Source: Gemmatimonas sp. (GTDB lineage: Bacteria; Gemmatimonadota; Gemmatimonadetes; Gemmatimonadales; Gemmatimonadaceae). From it: 58,385 bases of DNA. Under the pieces are notes generated by a model. That model was not told where the DNA came from, searched no databases, and saw only the letters and a list, made by a program, of their open reading frames with translations. Each line of letters begins with the position of its first letter. Position 1 is the stretch's first letter. The position numbers and the translations under genes are program-made. Positions 30,009 to 41,037 of the stretch are shown in pieces. The DNA lies in contig JAYTDH010000230.1 in assembly GCA_043736095.1 (NCBI GenBank), positions 1-58,385 on the forward strand, written 5' to 3'.

Positions 30009-31105
30009 GCGAGCGCCTCGGCGTAGATCGACAGTTGCGCCGCAGCGACGGTGTTCCACGAGAGCCTCTCGGCCGCTGCGCGCGCAGCCGCGCCTATGCG
30101 CGCACGCTCGGCTGCATCGGTGCAGAGACGACCAAGCGTGGCTGTCAGCGCAGTTGGATTCTCAATCGGGACAACCACACAGCCATCGCCAAGGAACTCG
30201 GCGGCCCCTACCCGGTCCGAGACTACGACGGGAAGCCCATGGGACCCCGCCTCGAGCGCGGCTTGACCAAAATTCTCGTGGCGCGAGTAGAGACAACAGA
30301 TATCCGCATCAACGTACGCCTGCACTTTGGCATCGCCCCACAGTCCATCAGGACGCAGGTGAATGCGATTTCGTTCGCCCAGCGCCTCGCGTGCGGCGAG
30401 CAACTGTTCGAGCGTACCATCAGCATCACTTGGGCCTGCAATCACGACATGCACGCCGGGCAACGCCGCGACACTGTAGACGAGCGGAAGAAGTCCCTTC
30501 TTCTCGGCGATCCGGCCAATCGCAATCACGAGTGGAGCACCTTCCGGAATGCCAAGGCGCTGCCGTAGTCCCCCGCGCAATGGGAGACTCTCGACGGCCG
30601 TAACGCCGTTCGGTCGCATGGCGATACGGCTCGGATCGACACCAAACTCAGTCACCTCGCGTCGTTCGAGCTCAGAGGTCACGACGATCCGTCGCGCGCG
30701 CGCGAGCACCCGGCGGCCGAGCGTGGCGTCAAACACCGACTTGACCAACGCCGAGCGTCCTCGGCGACGAAGCATCCCCGCGGGCTCGATCAGATATGCG
30801 ACGCCGCATCGCGCCGCTGACAACGCAGCAATCGTACCGACGGGATCACGAAAGCCAACGACATGCACGATGTCCGCCTCCCGCACGGCTCGCCGTACCT
30901 GACCAAGTCCGCGCGGCCAGGGTGTGCCATGATAGCGGAACGAATAGGGGAGCGTGTTTGCGCCGTCCATCGGCTCGTTGGAGGCGCCGACAACCGACAC
31001 CTGCGCTCCCGCTTGGCGCAACGCGGTGGCAAGAGCCATCACCTTGACCACGGGACCGCCGAAGTGGCGATCCAACGACGGAACTGCAATGAGCACTCGC
31101 ATCAC
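30005..31105 (-). CDS. GT4 glycosyltransferase
   Basis: FGGP, IGRIAEKKG, ENFGQAALEA. Confidence 0.9.
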   Translation of the reverse strand: MMRVLIAVPSLDRHFGGPVVKVMALATALRQAGAQVSVVGASNEPMDGANTLPYSFRYHGTPWPRGLGQVRRAVREADIVHVVGFRDPVGTIAALSAARCGVAYLIEPAGMLRRRGRSALVKSVFDATLGRRVLARARRIVVTSELERREVTEFGVDPSRIAMRPNGVTAVESLPLRGGLRQRLGIPEGAPLVIAIGRIAEKKGLLPLVYSVAALPGVHVVIAGPSDADGTLEQLLAAREALGERNRIHLRPDGLWGDAKVQAYVDADICCLYSRHENFGQAALEAGSHGLPVVVSDRVGAAEFLGDGCVVVPIENPTALTATLGRLCTDAAERARIGAAARAAAERLSWNTVAAAQLSIYAEALA

Positions 31106-32928
31106 CCTTGCCACCGGAAGCCGTTGGCTGCTGGCCAGAGTCGGAGCGCCGCGATCGCCCAGACGCGCGACCAATGCGTAGCACCCCGCTCGAAGGCGTC
31201 GAGCAGATGCCTGCGGTCGGCCGCATGGATGGCGCGCGCGAAGGGAAGCTCATCCGACAACAGCGCTTCGCGCGTGAGATCCCGCAGCGGACCGCGCATC
31301 CAGCGGTCGAACGGCAGCGCGAACGGCTGCTTCCTCGTCAGGGGAACGCCCGCCGCGTTGGCGAGGCAGCGCTTCCCGGCGGCGAGGCGAAGCGAGTCCG
31401 GTATGGCCAGCGCCACGTTAACCACCAGATCATCGAGGATCGGCACGCGGACCTCAAGTCCATGCGCCATGGAGACGCTGTCGGTATCGCGGAGTAATTG
31501 GTCGCCCGCGTAGTATCGCAGTTCCTGAATCGAAACTACGTCGCGGTCAACCGCGTCGGCATCCGCTACGTGATTCAGGGACAACATGTCGGCGACCTCC
31601 TGCCCGGAGAACAGTCCGCGAACCGCCGCGTAGGGGTCGGGTCCGCTCGACGGTCGGTCAAGCGTACGCGCCAACCTCCCTCCCGGCCTTCGATGCGCCG
31701 CCAGTCGCGTGGCGTAGCGGCGAACAGGCGAGGGCAAGAGTCCGAGCGCGGACTGAATGCGGCGAACCTGAGGCACCAAGTCGAACGAGGGGTATCCGCC
31801 AAAGAGCTCATCACCACCGATTCCCGAGAGACACACAATCAAGCCATCAGCGCGCGCCGCGCGGCAGACCAGCCAAGTGTTGATTGCATCGGAGGTCGGT
31901 TGATCCATCGCGGAGAGTGCACCGTGAATCAGCCCAACGACATCGGCGTCCCGTACCGCCACCGTGGTATGATCAACACCGGCATCTCGTGCCCGAGTCG
32001 CAGCGGCAGCACCCTCGTCGGCAGCGCTGTCCGGAAAGGTTACCGTCAGCGCGCGCACGCCGCTTTGTTCGCGTCCCGCAATCGCGGCGATAGCCGCCGA
32101 GTCCACGCCGCTGGAGAGGAAGACACCCACGCGACGATCCGCGACCAGATGTCGCGCCACGGCGTCATCAAGCGCGGCCCCGAGCAACCTCGTCGCTTCG
32201 ACCGGATGAGCTAGCGACGCATCCGGGACCAGTTCGGGCTTCCACCACGTCGTAATGGTTGTGCGGCCTCGCTCCCATGCGAGCAGCGCTCCAGCTGGCA
32301 GGATGCGTACGCCGGCAAAGATTGACGCCGTTGCCGGCACCACTCCGCGACGAAGGTAGCCGCGCACCGCATCGGGATTTGGATCTCCCGAGGCAAGCCC
32401 CGCCGCGACCAACGCGCGGGCCTCCGAGGCGACCGCGATGCCACCGCCCGGAGTCTGAGTGTAGTACAACGGCTTGATTCCCACCCGATCGCGCGCCGCG
32501 AAGAAGCGCCCCGTGCGTTGATCAAAACAGGCGAACGCGAACATGCCTCGCAGCCGACGAAGCATCGGCGTCGGATCACCGCGCACCTCCTCGCACAGAT
32601 GAACAAGCGCTTCTGTGTCGGCGTGAGAGCGAAACTGATGTCCCGTGCGTTCGAGGTCGACCCTGAGCTCGCGGTGATTGTACAATTCGCCGTTGTACGT
32701 GACCCAGACCGACCGATCCTCGTTGGTCATCGGCTGATCAGCCACGACGTCGAGGTCGAGCACGCGCAGGCGCGCGGTTCCCAAACAGGCACTTGCTGCA
32801 GCTGCGTCAACGCGGTGCACACCCGACGCATCGGGACCTCGGTGGCGCAGTGCGGCAACCCCGCGAGCCACTTGATTCGTGGCATCGTCCGCGAGCGACG
32901 TGCCCACAACGGCAATGATTCCACACAT
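31102..32928 (-). CDS. asnB: Asparagine synthase-like glutamine amidotransferase (glycan amidation)
   Basis: MCGI, HRGPD, YNGELYN, RDRVGIKPLYY, LSSGVDS, LSGIGGDELFGGY, SMAHGLEVRVP. Confidence 0.93.
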   Translation of the reverse strand: MCGIIAVVGTSLADDATNQVARGVAALRHRGPDASGVHRVDAAAASACLGTARLRVLDLDVVADQPMTNEDRSVWVTYNGELYNHRELRVDLERTGHQFRSHADTEALVHLCEEVRGDPTPMLRRLRGMFAFACFDQRTGRFFAARDRVGIKPLYYTQTPGGGIAVASEARALVAAGLASGDPNPDAVRGYLRRGVVPATASIFAGVRILPAGALLAWERGRTTITTWWKPELVPDASLAHPVEATRLLGAALDDAVARHLVADRRVGVFLSSGVDSAAIAAIAGREQSGVRALTVTFPDSAADEGAAAATRARDAGVDHTTVAVRDADVVGLIHGALSAMDQPTSDAINTWLVCRAARADGLIVCLSGIGGDELFGGYPSFDLVPQVRRIQSALGLLPSPVRRYATRLAAHRRPGGRLARTLDRPSSGPDPYAAVRGLFSGQEVADMLSLNHVADADAVDRDVVSIQELRYYAGDQLLRDTDSVSMAHGLEVRVPILDDLVVNVALAIPDSLRLAAGKRCLANAAGVPLTRKQPFALPFDRWMRGPLRDLTREALLSDELPFARAIHAADRRHLLDAFERGATHWSRVWAIAALRLWPAANGFRWQG

Positions 32929-32931
32929 GGG

Positions 32932-35271
32932 TTACGAATGCCCTCCCGCAGCGACCGACGAAGCGCCGGGTGCTGCAAGGGAGGCAATCACGGATGCCCA
33001 CGCGTCGGAGAAGCGCTGGGGCGAGAACTCACGGCGGGTACGCTCGACGCCGGCCTGGCCGAATGTCTGTGCCTGTGCAGGGGTGGTCAGCAGTTGCACA
33101 ATCGCGTGCGCGATTTCGCGCGACGACTCGCCGTTGACCAGGGTTCCCGTCACGCCGTCCTCCACGGCCTCGCCTGAGCCACCGGCGCGGCCGGCTACCG
33201 TCGGCAATCCGTGCGCGGCGGCCTCGAGAAAGACGAGTCCAAAGCCTTCGCCCGCCGCGCCAAACCCCTCGGCGGCGCGGCCGGGAAGCGCAAACACCGT
33301 CGCCGAGGCGTACGCCGCAGTCAGTTCAGCCTCCCGCACCCGACCGAGGAACTGCACACGGCTACCCAGATGCAGTCGCGCGGCGATGCGTTCGAGACGA
33401 GCGCGGTCATCACCATCACCAACAATCACCAGCTCGGCGGCCGGCACGGAGGCCAGCACGCGCGGCCAAGCCATAATCAGGGCATCCACTCCTTTGTACG
33501 CGTGCTCACCAACAAGACGCGCAACCGACAGGACACGCACGGCCGCACCATGCCCCTCATTGGCCGCTGGCAACCGTCCATCCGCGCGTGACGGCGACAT
33601 CGGATAGTGAATCATCCGCACCTCGCCCCCACCTGCTCCGACGATGTCGCTGACCACTCGCTGAGTGAACCCGCTCCCGGCGACGACCGCGTCGGCGGCC
33701 GCGAGCGCCGCGCGCGCGCTGCCGCTCATGGACGCATGCACTTCGATACCATGCGCCCAGACGACATATGGCACTCCGGTCAGCCAGGAGCAGATGCGCG
33801 CGACCGGAGCGAGATGCGCGTGGCAGGCCACAATCACCAGTTGCCCGCGGCGTCCGCGCCAACGGCGCGCCGCACGCATCGCGCGCCAGAGGAATTGCAG
33901 CTTACGCAGGGGCGAGATGCGCTCGACTGCGCGTAGCGTGAAGGCCCGCTCATCGCTGAGCGCCACGCAGGGCAACGCGGTGCCGTGGGCGCGGAGTGCA
34001 AGCAGCCCCACGCGCGCCGCTCCGTACCGCGCGGCGAGGCCCTCAATAAGCTGATGCGTCGCGAGCTGAATGCCGCCAATGCCCCCGGCATCGGGGGCCA
34101 GGACCAGCACGCGGGGCGTATTCGCCTCACGCTCAACAAGGGCGGCCGTCCGCTCCGCGTACTTCGCCCACGTCGCGTCCAATGCGTACTCGCGACCGCG
34201 AGACACGCGCGCCGCGGTGGCCGGTGCGTCGTCAAATCTGGCCATCACGGCGGCCGCCAACGCTGCAGCGTCATCCGCGTCTTGCACGACGGTCATCGCC
34301 GCGGCGAGTGTCTCACTCGCCCCCATTTCATCACTGGCGACCACCGGCAGTCCGCTGGCAAGCGCTTCGAGCGCAGGCAGGTGAAACGCATCCTCGCGCG
34401 ACGGCGCGATCAAGCAGTCCGCCGCCGCGTAGTACGTCTCGATGTCTGACGTGAACGGAAGCGCGATGACACGGTCGGCGAGCGCCCCAGCCATCGCGTG
34501 CACATGTGCCGACTCGCGCCCGGCCACCGCGAGACGGAACGACGCCGGCAGCAAGGCGAGCGCGGCAAGTGCACGGTCGAGGCCCTTCTTCTGCAGATCG
34601 TTCCCGACGAGCAGCAGCACGCGCTCGTCGCTCCAGCCCTGCGCAAGGCGGGCACGGTCACGCTGCGCGGCGCGGCGCGGCGGACTGAATCGCTCAGCGT
34701 CAACGCCATACGGCACCACGGGCACTGAGCCTGAGACACGATGCCCCATGGATTCCAGCACAGTGGCATCGGCACGCGAGAGCGCCCACAGCGTGGCAGG
34801 CCCCGCATACAACCTCGCCTCGAGCGCGCGCACGAGCGCCCAGTACACTCGGCGATGCATGCGCCGCAGCACGCTGGCCGTCTGCGCTGCGCCGGTTTGC
34901 AACGCGGTCCGAACGCCCTCCCAATGCTTGGCGAAGACGATATGCACGCCCACCGCATCCGCGTCGAGCGCGTTCATGCCGGGCGAATGCACGACATCGT
35001 ACCGCAACCCCGCCCGCTCGTCCCACCACCGCGCCGCGCGATTCGCAACGAGCCACCAGACGTACCGCAGCAAGTGCGGACCGGGGGGTCGAGGAATCCG
35101 GCGCACGCGGACGCCGCGCAGGTCCACGCCCGCGTGCGCCATCGTGTACAGCGTGACGTCGAAGCGGTCGCTCCATCGTTCGACTTGCTCAGCGACGGCG
35201 AGCTCCGTCGCGCCGTCGCGGTTGAGCTCTGGCGTGATGATTGCAACCCGCAAGAGTTCGGCGCGCGTCAT
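32932..35271 (-). CDS. Tandem double GT4 glycosyltransferase fusion (779 aa)
   Basis: Two GT-B units with motifs EDAFHLPALEALASGLPV and EGFGLVFLEAAAHGLPT. Confidence 0.88.
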   Translation of the reverse strand: MTRAELLRVAIITPELNRDGATELAVAEQVERWSDRFDVTLYTMAHAGVDLRGVRVRRIPRPPGPHLLRYVWWLVANRAARWWDERAGLRYDVVHSPGMNALDADAVGVHIVFAKHWEGVRTALQTGAAQTASVLRRMHRRVYWALVRALEARLYAGPATLWALSRADATVLESMGHRVSGSVPVVPYGVDAERFSPPRRAAQRDRARLAQGWSDERVLLLVGNDLQKKGLDRALAALALLPASFRLAVAGRESAHVHAMAGALADRVIALPFTSDIETYYAAADCLIAPSREDAFHLPALEALASGLPVVASDEMGASETLAAAMTVVQDADDAAALAAAVMARFDDAPATAARVSRGREYALDATWAKYAERTAALVEREANTPRVLVLAPDAGGIGGIQLATHQLIEGLAARYGAARVGLLALRAHGTALPCVALSDERAFTLRAVERISPLRKLQFLWRAMRAARRWRGRRGQLVIVACHAHLAPVARICSWLTGVPYVVWAHGIEVHASMSGSARAALAAADAVVAGSGFTQRVVSDIVGAGGGEVRMIHYPMSPSRADGRLPAANEGHGAAVRVLSVARLVGEHAYKGVDALIMAWPRVLASVPAAELVIVGDGDDRARLERIAARLHLGSRVQFLGRVREAELTAAYASATVFALPGRAAEGFGAAGEGFGLVFLEAAAHGLPTVAGRAGGSGEAVEDGVTGTLVNGESSREIAHAIVQLLTTPAQAQTFGQAGVERTRREFSPQRFSDAWASVIASLAAPGASSVAAGGHS

Positions 35272-36794
35272 GTCGCCACCGTGCGCGACGCGAGCGTCGG
35301 CAGGCGATACAGAATGCCGACAAAGAGCCAGAACATCACGTTGTACAGATAGTTCTGGTAAGTATTCAGCGCGCCATAGGTGAACGGCACGAGGAGAAGG
35401 AAGGCGAACCAGAGAATGGAGACGCCAACCGCGTGCGCGGGGGTCCCGCGAAGCTGGCGAAGCACATGCCAGCCGCCGAGCAGTAGCGCACCGGACCAGA
35501 GCACCCAGAGAATCGGGCCGAAATATCCGAATTCAAGAAGCAAGGTTCCGAATCCGCTTTCGACAGGCGGCGGTGGTACCGGTGCGTTGAAGATCATGCT
35601 CACATACTGTGCGCCAATCGAGGCCGTCCCGATTCCTTGCCCCATCACGCCGTAGGATGCCTCGAACGCGCCCTGCAGGTTCAGCATCGGATAGTCCCAG
35701 AGTCGATACCGAAGTTCGGACTCTGGGCTCCACGGCGAGATTGTTTCGGAATAGAGCGCCCAGCGTGCACCCACTTCGGCCGGAAACATGACCAAGAGGA
35801 GAACGGGCAACGCCGCCACGCCGACGAGCCCAAGCGACGCGCCGCGAGCGAGACGTCGCCGCGCGTCGGGCCCCGCCCCGAACAGCATCGCGGGCACGAG
35901 GACCATCGTGGACAGCGCCAGATAGAGCACGCCGGCCCGAGACCCGTGCATGGCCACGGCCGTGAACGTCAGGATGGCCAGCGGACCGAGCAGCCAGCGC
36001 GACCGTAGTCGCTGATGCATGGCGTACATCGTCGCGCCAACAATAACGATGTATGCCAGGACCATATACGAGCCGTATCGTGCCTCGCTCACAAACACCG
36101 ACGTGGCCCGCGGGAAAATGACGCCCGATCGCGGCGCGCGACGCAATTCACGGCCGAGCGCCTCAAGCTCAGGGGCCAGAACCTTCGGATTGAGGAAGTT
36201 CAGACCGATGATTCCCTGTGCGATACCCAGCACGGCGATGACCCCGGCCGCCGCCGCAAACGCCACCAGGAATCGTTCGAAATCGCGTTCGTCGCGCAGG
36301 AGGGCAAACCCGAGGAATACCAGCGGCACATAGAAGAAATACAGCTTCATCCCCATCAACCCGTACCAAACACTCGGCGATGCGGGATTGAATACCTGCA
36401 CTGCGCCAAGCGCGATGAAGGCAACGAGCGCGGCAAGAAATGGGGGTCGCCAACGAGCAATCGGGACGCGGTGATTCTCAAGCAGATACCCAACGTACGT
36501 CAGCGCGAGCAACGCATCCTTCCCAAAGAACACAATCATGTTGTTGCCGAGATACTTTCGCGGCAGGTCCTCGATGAGCATCCATCCGAGAAAGAGGATG
36601 ACACCCATGCGCCAGTTGGCGACCGCGCCGATGGCGACACTCACGAGTGCCAAGCCAAGGAATCCGAGGCCAATCAGCGAGCGGTTCGCGTCCGCAACCA
36701 CGGACGAGGCGATTGCCCCGCCAACCAGCACGAACCCGACCGACCAGATGGTGCGGCGCGCATGCAGGAGTGTCGTGATCGCGCCCATGCTCAT
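35268..36794 (-). CDS. Wzy polymerase / O-antigen ligase-like membrane protein
   Basis: About 12 TM segments; HGSRAG, GQGIGT, LLEFGYFG; position in the glycan locus. Confidence 0.7.
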   Translation of the reverse strand: MSMGAITTLLHARRTIWSVGFVLVGGAIASSVVADANRSLIGLGFLGLALVSVAIGAVANWRMGVILFLGWMLIEDLPRKYLGNNMIVFFGKDALLALTYVGYLLENHRVPIARWRPPFLAALVAFIALGAVQVFNPASPSVWYGLMGMKLYFFYVPLVFLGFALLRDERDFERFLVAFAAAAGVIAVLGIAQGIIGLNFLNPKVLAPELEALGRELRRAPRSGVIFPRATSVFVSEARYGSYMVLAYIVIVGATMYAMHQRLRSRWLLGPLAILTFTAVAMHGSRAGVLYLALSTMVLVPAMLFGAGPDARRRLARGASLGLVGVAALPVLLLVMFPAEVGARWALYSETISPWSPESELRYRLWDYPMLNLQGAFEASYGVMGQGIGTASIGAQYVSMIFNAPVPPPPVESGFGTLLLEFGYFGPILWVLWSGALLLGGWHVLRQLRGTPAHAVGVSILWFAFLLLVPFTYGALNTYQNYLYNVMFWLFVGILYRLPTLASRTVAT

Positions 36795-37675
36795 GGGTTT
36801 GATCCCCAAATGGAACCGCTGACACTGACGGGAGGAGGACCGAACCGACCGATCCACGCATCGCGGACCGCGCGCAAGCGACCACCGACCGTGAACGCCT
36901 GGGGCCTTGCGGGTGGCCAGGCAGCGAGGCGGAGCGTGTTCGCGAGAGTGATCGCCGTGCGCACGAGCGCCCAGCCCGCGCCGCTTTCCTCACGCGAGAT
37001 CAGTAGTGCGTTCCGTACCTGCAGGTAGGACGCCGTGGCGGATGGCACGCCGCGTTCGGGATTCTCGACCGTTGCTCCCCACACCGCACCGACGACCCAC
37101 CCCGCGCGGCGCGCGCGCAGTCCAATCTCGATTTCGCATCCGTACGCAAAGAACCGTTCATCAAAGAGACCAATCTGCGCCAGACAGTCCCGTCGAACCG
37201 CGAGCAGCGTTCCGTGCGGAAAGTCCTGCGCTTCAAATCCGGTTCCGACGGCGTGGTGCGGCAGATACGGGCCGCGGAGCCCAGTGTGGCGTGCGATGTG
37301 CGGGTATCCGCTGACGGCTGATGCGATGCCGATGTCCGGTCGCGCGCGCAACACGTCCAGCAACCGCTCAACGCAGTGCGGCTCAGGCAACGCATCGTGG
37401 GCCGCCAGCACGGCGAACTCGTCAGTCCCAGCGGCCAGCCATTCGCGAAGTCCCACGTTCAGCGCGGGGCCAAAGCCGAGGTTGCGCTCCATCTGGCGGA
37501 GTGTCGCCGTATCTCCGAGGAGTTCCGCAAGCTTCGTCCGCTCCTCGACGCGCGAGGCGTTGTCAAGAATGACGATCTCCACCGCAATCGTCTGCCCGTG
37601 AAGCGCCGCAACTGTTCGCGCGCACGACTCGGCACGATTCCAGTGCGGCACGAAGACGGGCACGGCGCGACTCAC
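36791..37675 (-). CDS. GT2 glycosyltransferase
   Basis: ILDNAS, NLGFGPALN, GLFDERFFAY. Confidence 0.88.
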   Translation of the reverse strand: MSRAVPVFVPHWNRAESCARTVAALHGQTIAVEIVILDNASRVEERTKLAELLGDTATLRQMERNLGFGPALNVGLREWLAAGTDEFAVLAAHDALPEPHCVERLLDVLRARPDIGIASAVSGYPHIARHTGLRGPYLPHHAVGTGFEAQDFPHGTLLAVRRDCLAQIGLFDERFFAYGCEIEIGLRARRAGWVVGAVWGATVENPERGVPSATASYLQVRNALLISREESGAGWALVRTAITLANTLRLAAWPPARPQAFTVGGRLRAVRDAWIGRFGPPPVSVSGSIWGSNP

Positions 37676-38685
37676 GGCTTTCTGCCGACGCAGACGATTT
37701 CCTCGCCACGTTCGTGTCGGAGCGACTGCAGAGCACAGCGAACGCGTTGGAGGTACGTCGTGGCGACGCCCAAACGATGCCGTGCAACCTCGCTCGATTC
37801 ATTGAGCATCCACGGAACGAATCGCGTCGGCGTATGGAGATCGGCTTGCAGTCCCGCCGCGGTCATGGCACGCTGCAATGCCTTTGGAGAGAGCAGCACC
37901 AGATGACGGGGCACGTCGAAGCCACGCCACGCTGCACCGAAGTGTCGGGCGACGGCCCCTAATGGGTTCGGCACTGCCACCACGAGAGTCCCGCCGGGCC
38001 GGAGCCATCGCGCGGCGGCCTCAAGCATCCGGCCAGGATCAACGAGGTGCTCGAGCACATGGTGAATCGTGATGGCATCGTAGCTCCCGTCAGCAATGAG
38101 GGCGCCTTCGATGGGTGACTCAATCACGCGAATCCCGGCGGCACGTGCCTGAGCGGCGGCGGCGGGATCTGGCTCGATACCTTCGACCGTCCAGCCCAAC
38201 TGCTGCAGTCCAAACAGAAACCGACCATTTCCGCACCCGACATCGAGCACGCGGCCCGGGGGCGCCGAGAGCAGCAGCACATTGTTGAGCCCGACGAGTC
38301 GCCGAATTGGCCCGATGCGGGCAATCAGCGCGGCGGGCAGCGCGAGCGGCAGCGAGCCTGGGAGTGCGTCGTAACCGAAGCCGCGACGAAGCACCTCGCG
38401 CTTGAGGGCCGAGCGCAGCGCGCCCATGCCGCTCCGCGGACCGTGCAGATGATCCGCTGGAGCCCCGCGAGTGGCCGCGTAGGATTCCGGATAGAGTCGC
38501 GCGATCTCGTGCGGCTCCGGCACGGGGTCCAGCCACTGTGATTCGCACTGCTCGCACGCGTTGATGCTCCACGTACCCGCCACACCATGGTGCACATCGC
38601 GCAGGTGCTGATGGAGCGCACGTCCGGCCTGTCCACAGTGCGGGCAGTTTGGTCGCGCGCGCGTGGCAATCGGATTCGCGCTCAT
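37672..38685 (-). CDS. Class I SAM methyltransferase with N-terminal CxxC pairs
   Basis: CPHC...CEQC, VLDVGCGNG, HHVLEHL, DVPRHL. Confidence 0.9.
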   Translation of the reverse strand: MSANPIATRARPNCPHCGQAGRALHQHLRDVHHGVAGTWSINACEQCESQWLDPVPEPHEIARLYPESYAATRGAPADHLHGPRSGMGALRSALKREVLRRGFGYDALPGSLPLALPAALIARIGPIRRLVGLNNVLLLSAPPGRVLDVGCGNGRFLFGLQQLGWTVEGIEPDPAAAAQARAAGIRVIESPIEGALIADGSYDAITIHHVLEHLVDPGRMLEAAARWLRPGGTLVVAVPNPLGAVARHFGAAWRGFDVPRHLVLLSPKALQRAMTAAGLQADLHTPTRFVPWMLNESSEVARHRLGVATTYLQRVRCALQSLRHERGEEIVCVGRKP

Positions 38686-39821
38686 CGGGCAACGACCTCG
38701 CGATACAGCGTCAGGTGATCCTGCACCATGCGCGCCGCCTCACCGTCCGAGGCCGGCAGCGCGCGCGTGGCGGTCGTGATGGCGGAGATGCGCGCCGGCT
38801 CACTGCAGAGCGCTCGCATGACGGCGGCAAGCGATTCCACATTTCCTGCCTCGAATAGTATTGCACCCACGAGCGTCCCGTATTCCCGTGCGCCGCCGAT
38901 CTCGGCAACGATGGCGGTTCGGCCGCGCGCTGCCGCCTCAAGAATCACAAGCCCGGCGGTTTCCTCCCATCGCGAGGGGAGTACGATCACGCTAGCGCCG
39001 GCGAACTCCTCCTCAAGTCGCTCCCCAATGCATTCGCCGGCGAATCGCACGAGGTCGGCGCTCCCTCGCGTCAACGCGTGCTGCTCCAAGCGTTGACGCT
39101 CGGGGCCATCGCCCACGAGCACGACTTCAAACTGCTGGGACTCACGCGCCAGCATGGCCGCCGCGTCAATCAAGAGCTCAACGCCCTTTTCCTCGACCAA
39201 GCGCCCAACGTACACGAATCGTACCCGGTCACTGTCGCGCAGGGGCGTCGCCGCCGCCGGCCGTACGCCGTGCAGGATCACGCGCGCCGGGATCGGCCGC
39301 AGGCGACGCGCCACGTGCGACGAGACGGCCACTTGCTCCGCCGCACAACGCACCAGCGCGCGCCGCACCCACATCAGTGCAACACTCCTCCATCCGACGG
39401 CGCGCCCCGCCCCGGAAGAGACGCAACGCGCGCACGCCGCATAGTTCCCCTGCATGAAATAGCCCGTGCAGGACACGCGCGCGGGATGCCGCCACAGCAA
39501 GCCATTCGGACAGATGGCCTGATATCCATGATGCTCCACCACAAAGCGTCGACGCGCGAGCACGCACAGCAACATCGGAAGCAACGCCGGTCCGGCGATG
39601 TGCACCACGTCCGCTCGGCGAACCTCGCGCCACATCGCTCGTACCGATGGTGCGCGGAGCACTCGAAACGGCGACGCCTGCTCGCGCGAGTCGCTGGTGC
39701 GGGTGTTGGTGATGAGCGTGACTTCCGCAGACGCCGCCAACCCCTCCGCTAACAGTCGGACGAGTGTCTCGGCGCCCCCAATGTCTGGCGCGAAGCGGTG
39801 CGCGTACACGAGAAGGCGCAC
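38682..39821 (-). CDS. GT4 glycosyltransferase
   Basis: FAPDIGGAE, ICPNG, VGRLVEEKG, EETAGLVILEA. Confidence 0.88.
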   Translation of the reverse strand: MRLLVYAHRFAPDIGGAETLVRLLAEGLAASAEVTLITNTRTSDSREQASPFRVLRAPSVRAMWREVRRADVVHIAGPALLPMLLCVLARRRFVVEHHGYQAICPNGLLWRHPARVSCTGYFMQGNYAACARCVSSGAGRAVGWRSVALMWVRRALVRCAAEQVAVSSHVARRLRPIPARVILHGVRPAAATPLRDSDRVRFVYVGRLVEEKGVELLIDAAAMLARESQQFEVVLVGDGPERQRLEQHALTRGSADLVRFAGECIGERLEEEFAGASVIVLPSRWEETAGLVILEAAARGRTAIVAEIGGAREYGTLVGAILFEAGNVESLAAVMRALCSEPARISAITTATRALPASDGEAARMVQDHLTLYREVVAR

Positions 39822-39822
39822 C

Positions 39823-41037
39823 CTAGCGCGTCCTCCCCGCATCCGCGCGAATGGCGACTGCACGGTGGGCGGCCGCGGCGACGGCGTCTGCGTTGGCCGT
39901 CGGCGACCAGTCGTCCATTCGAGTTCGTGCCGCACGCCCCATCGTGGCCGCGCGCTGCGGATCCCCAATGATCCCGTCGAGCGCCGCCGCGAGCCGAGTG
40001 GTGTCGCCGCACGGATAGACGACACCCGTCACACCGTCTCGCACGAGGTCCGCCGCCGATCCCACCCGGTCGCTGGCCACCACCGGGCGGCCGCAGACCA
40101 TCGCCTCGTTTACCGGCAGCCCCCATGGTTCGTTCGATGAAGGCACGACCACGACGTCGGCGGCAGCATACGCCTCGGGCAGCCGGTCATACGCCACCAG
40201 TCCAACGAACCTGACCCGATTCTCCACGCCAAGCGCGGCCGCCTCCAGCCGCAGTAACGACTCCTCCGGCCCGGTTCCCACGAGCACGGCACAGACGTCC
40301 GGCGTGCGCATGACCGCCAGCGCGCGCAACACATCAATCGCGCGCTTGCGCGAGAGAAATTTTCCGACGTAGAGCACCACTCGCGCACCGGACGGAACGC
40401 TCCATCCCGTGCGGACGGCCGCGATGTCGGCACGCGCCGCCGTCGCGGCGATGGTGTCGTTGTCCACGACGTACGGGGTGATGGCCACGCAATCGGAACT
40501 GATGCCGAGGGAGCGGATGAAACGCTGGCCTGCGGAACCGGGCACCGCAATCACGTCGGCGCGGCGATATATCCACGGTAGGAGCCGCTTCTTGAGGGCG
40601 AGCTTGATTGCACTCACCTCGCTCACCGGCGACCAGCTCGTCGCATCGGTGCTCATGATCAACGCCACACCCGAGCGCCTAGCAGCCGCGAAGGCATGCC
40701 AGCTTGTGGCGTACGCGTAACCGTACACCAGGCAGACGTCGAACTCCCGCGATGCAAGCAGCGCGCCCACTTCGGGGTTCCACAGACCCCAGAATCTTCC
40801 CAAGCTGGGTCGCGGCGACCTATTGCGCAGCGCTATTGACGAGAAGCCGCGTTCCGGCACGTCATCAAAGGCGCCGCGCGTCAGATACTCCGCGCCGCGG
40901 TAGAGACGCGGGTCCGGCAAACTGCAGTAGGCAACGGTCAACTTGATGTCGTCGCGCGCGGCGAGCGCGCGCATCGCCGGACCCTCGTGCTGCACCGGAT
41001 GCGGCGACACAACAAGGAGGCGCAGGCGACTAGTCAT
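39823..41037 (-). CDS. GT4 glycosyltransferase
   Basis: HPVQH, YVVDN, EPWGLPVNEAM. Confidence 0.9.
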   Translation of the reverse strand: MTSRLRLLVVSPHPVQHEGPAMRALAARDDIKLTVAYCSLPDPRLYRGAEYLTRGAFDDVPERGFSSIALRNRSPRPSLGRFWGLWNPEVGALLASREFDVCLVYGYAYATSWHAFAAARRSGVALIMSTDATSWSPVSEVSAIKLALKKRLLPWIYRRADVIAVPGSAGQRFIRSLGISSDCVAITPYVVDNDTIAATAARADIAAVRTGWSVPSGARVVLYVGKFLSRKRAIDVLRALAVMRTPDVCAVLVGTGPEESLLRLEAAALGVENRVRFVGLVAYDRLPEAYAAADVVVVPSSNEPWGLPVNEAMVCGRPVVASDRVGSAADLVRDGVTGVVYPCGDTTRLAAALDGIIGDPQRAATMGRAARTRMDDWSPTANADAVAAAAHRAVAIRADAGRTR

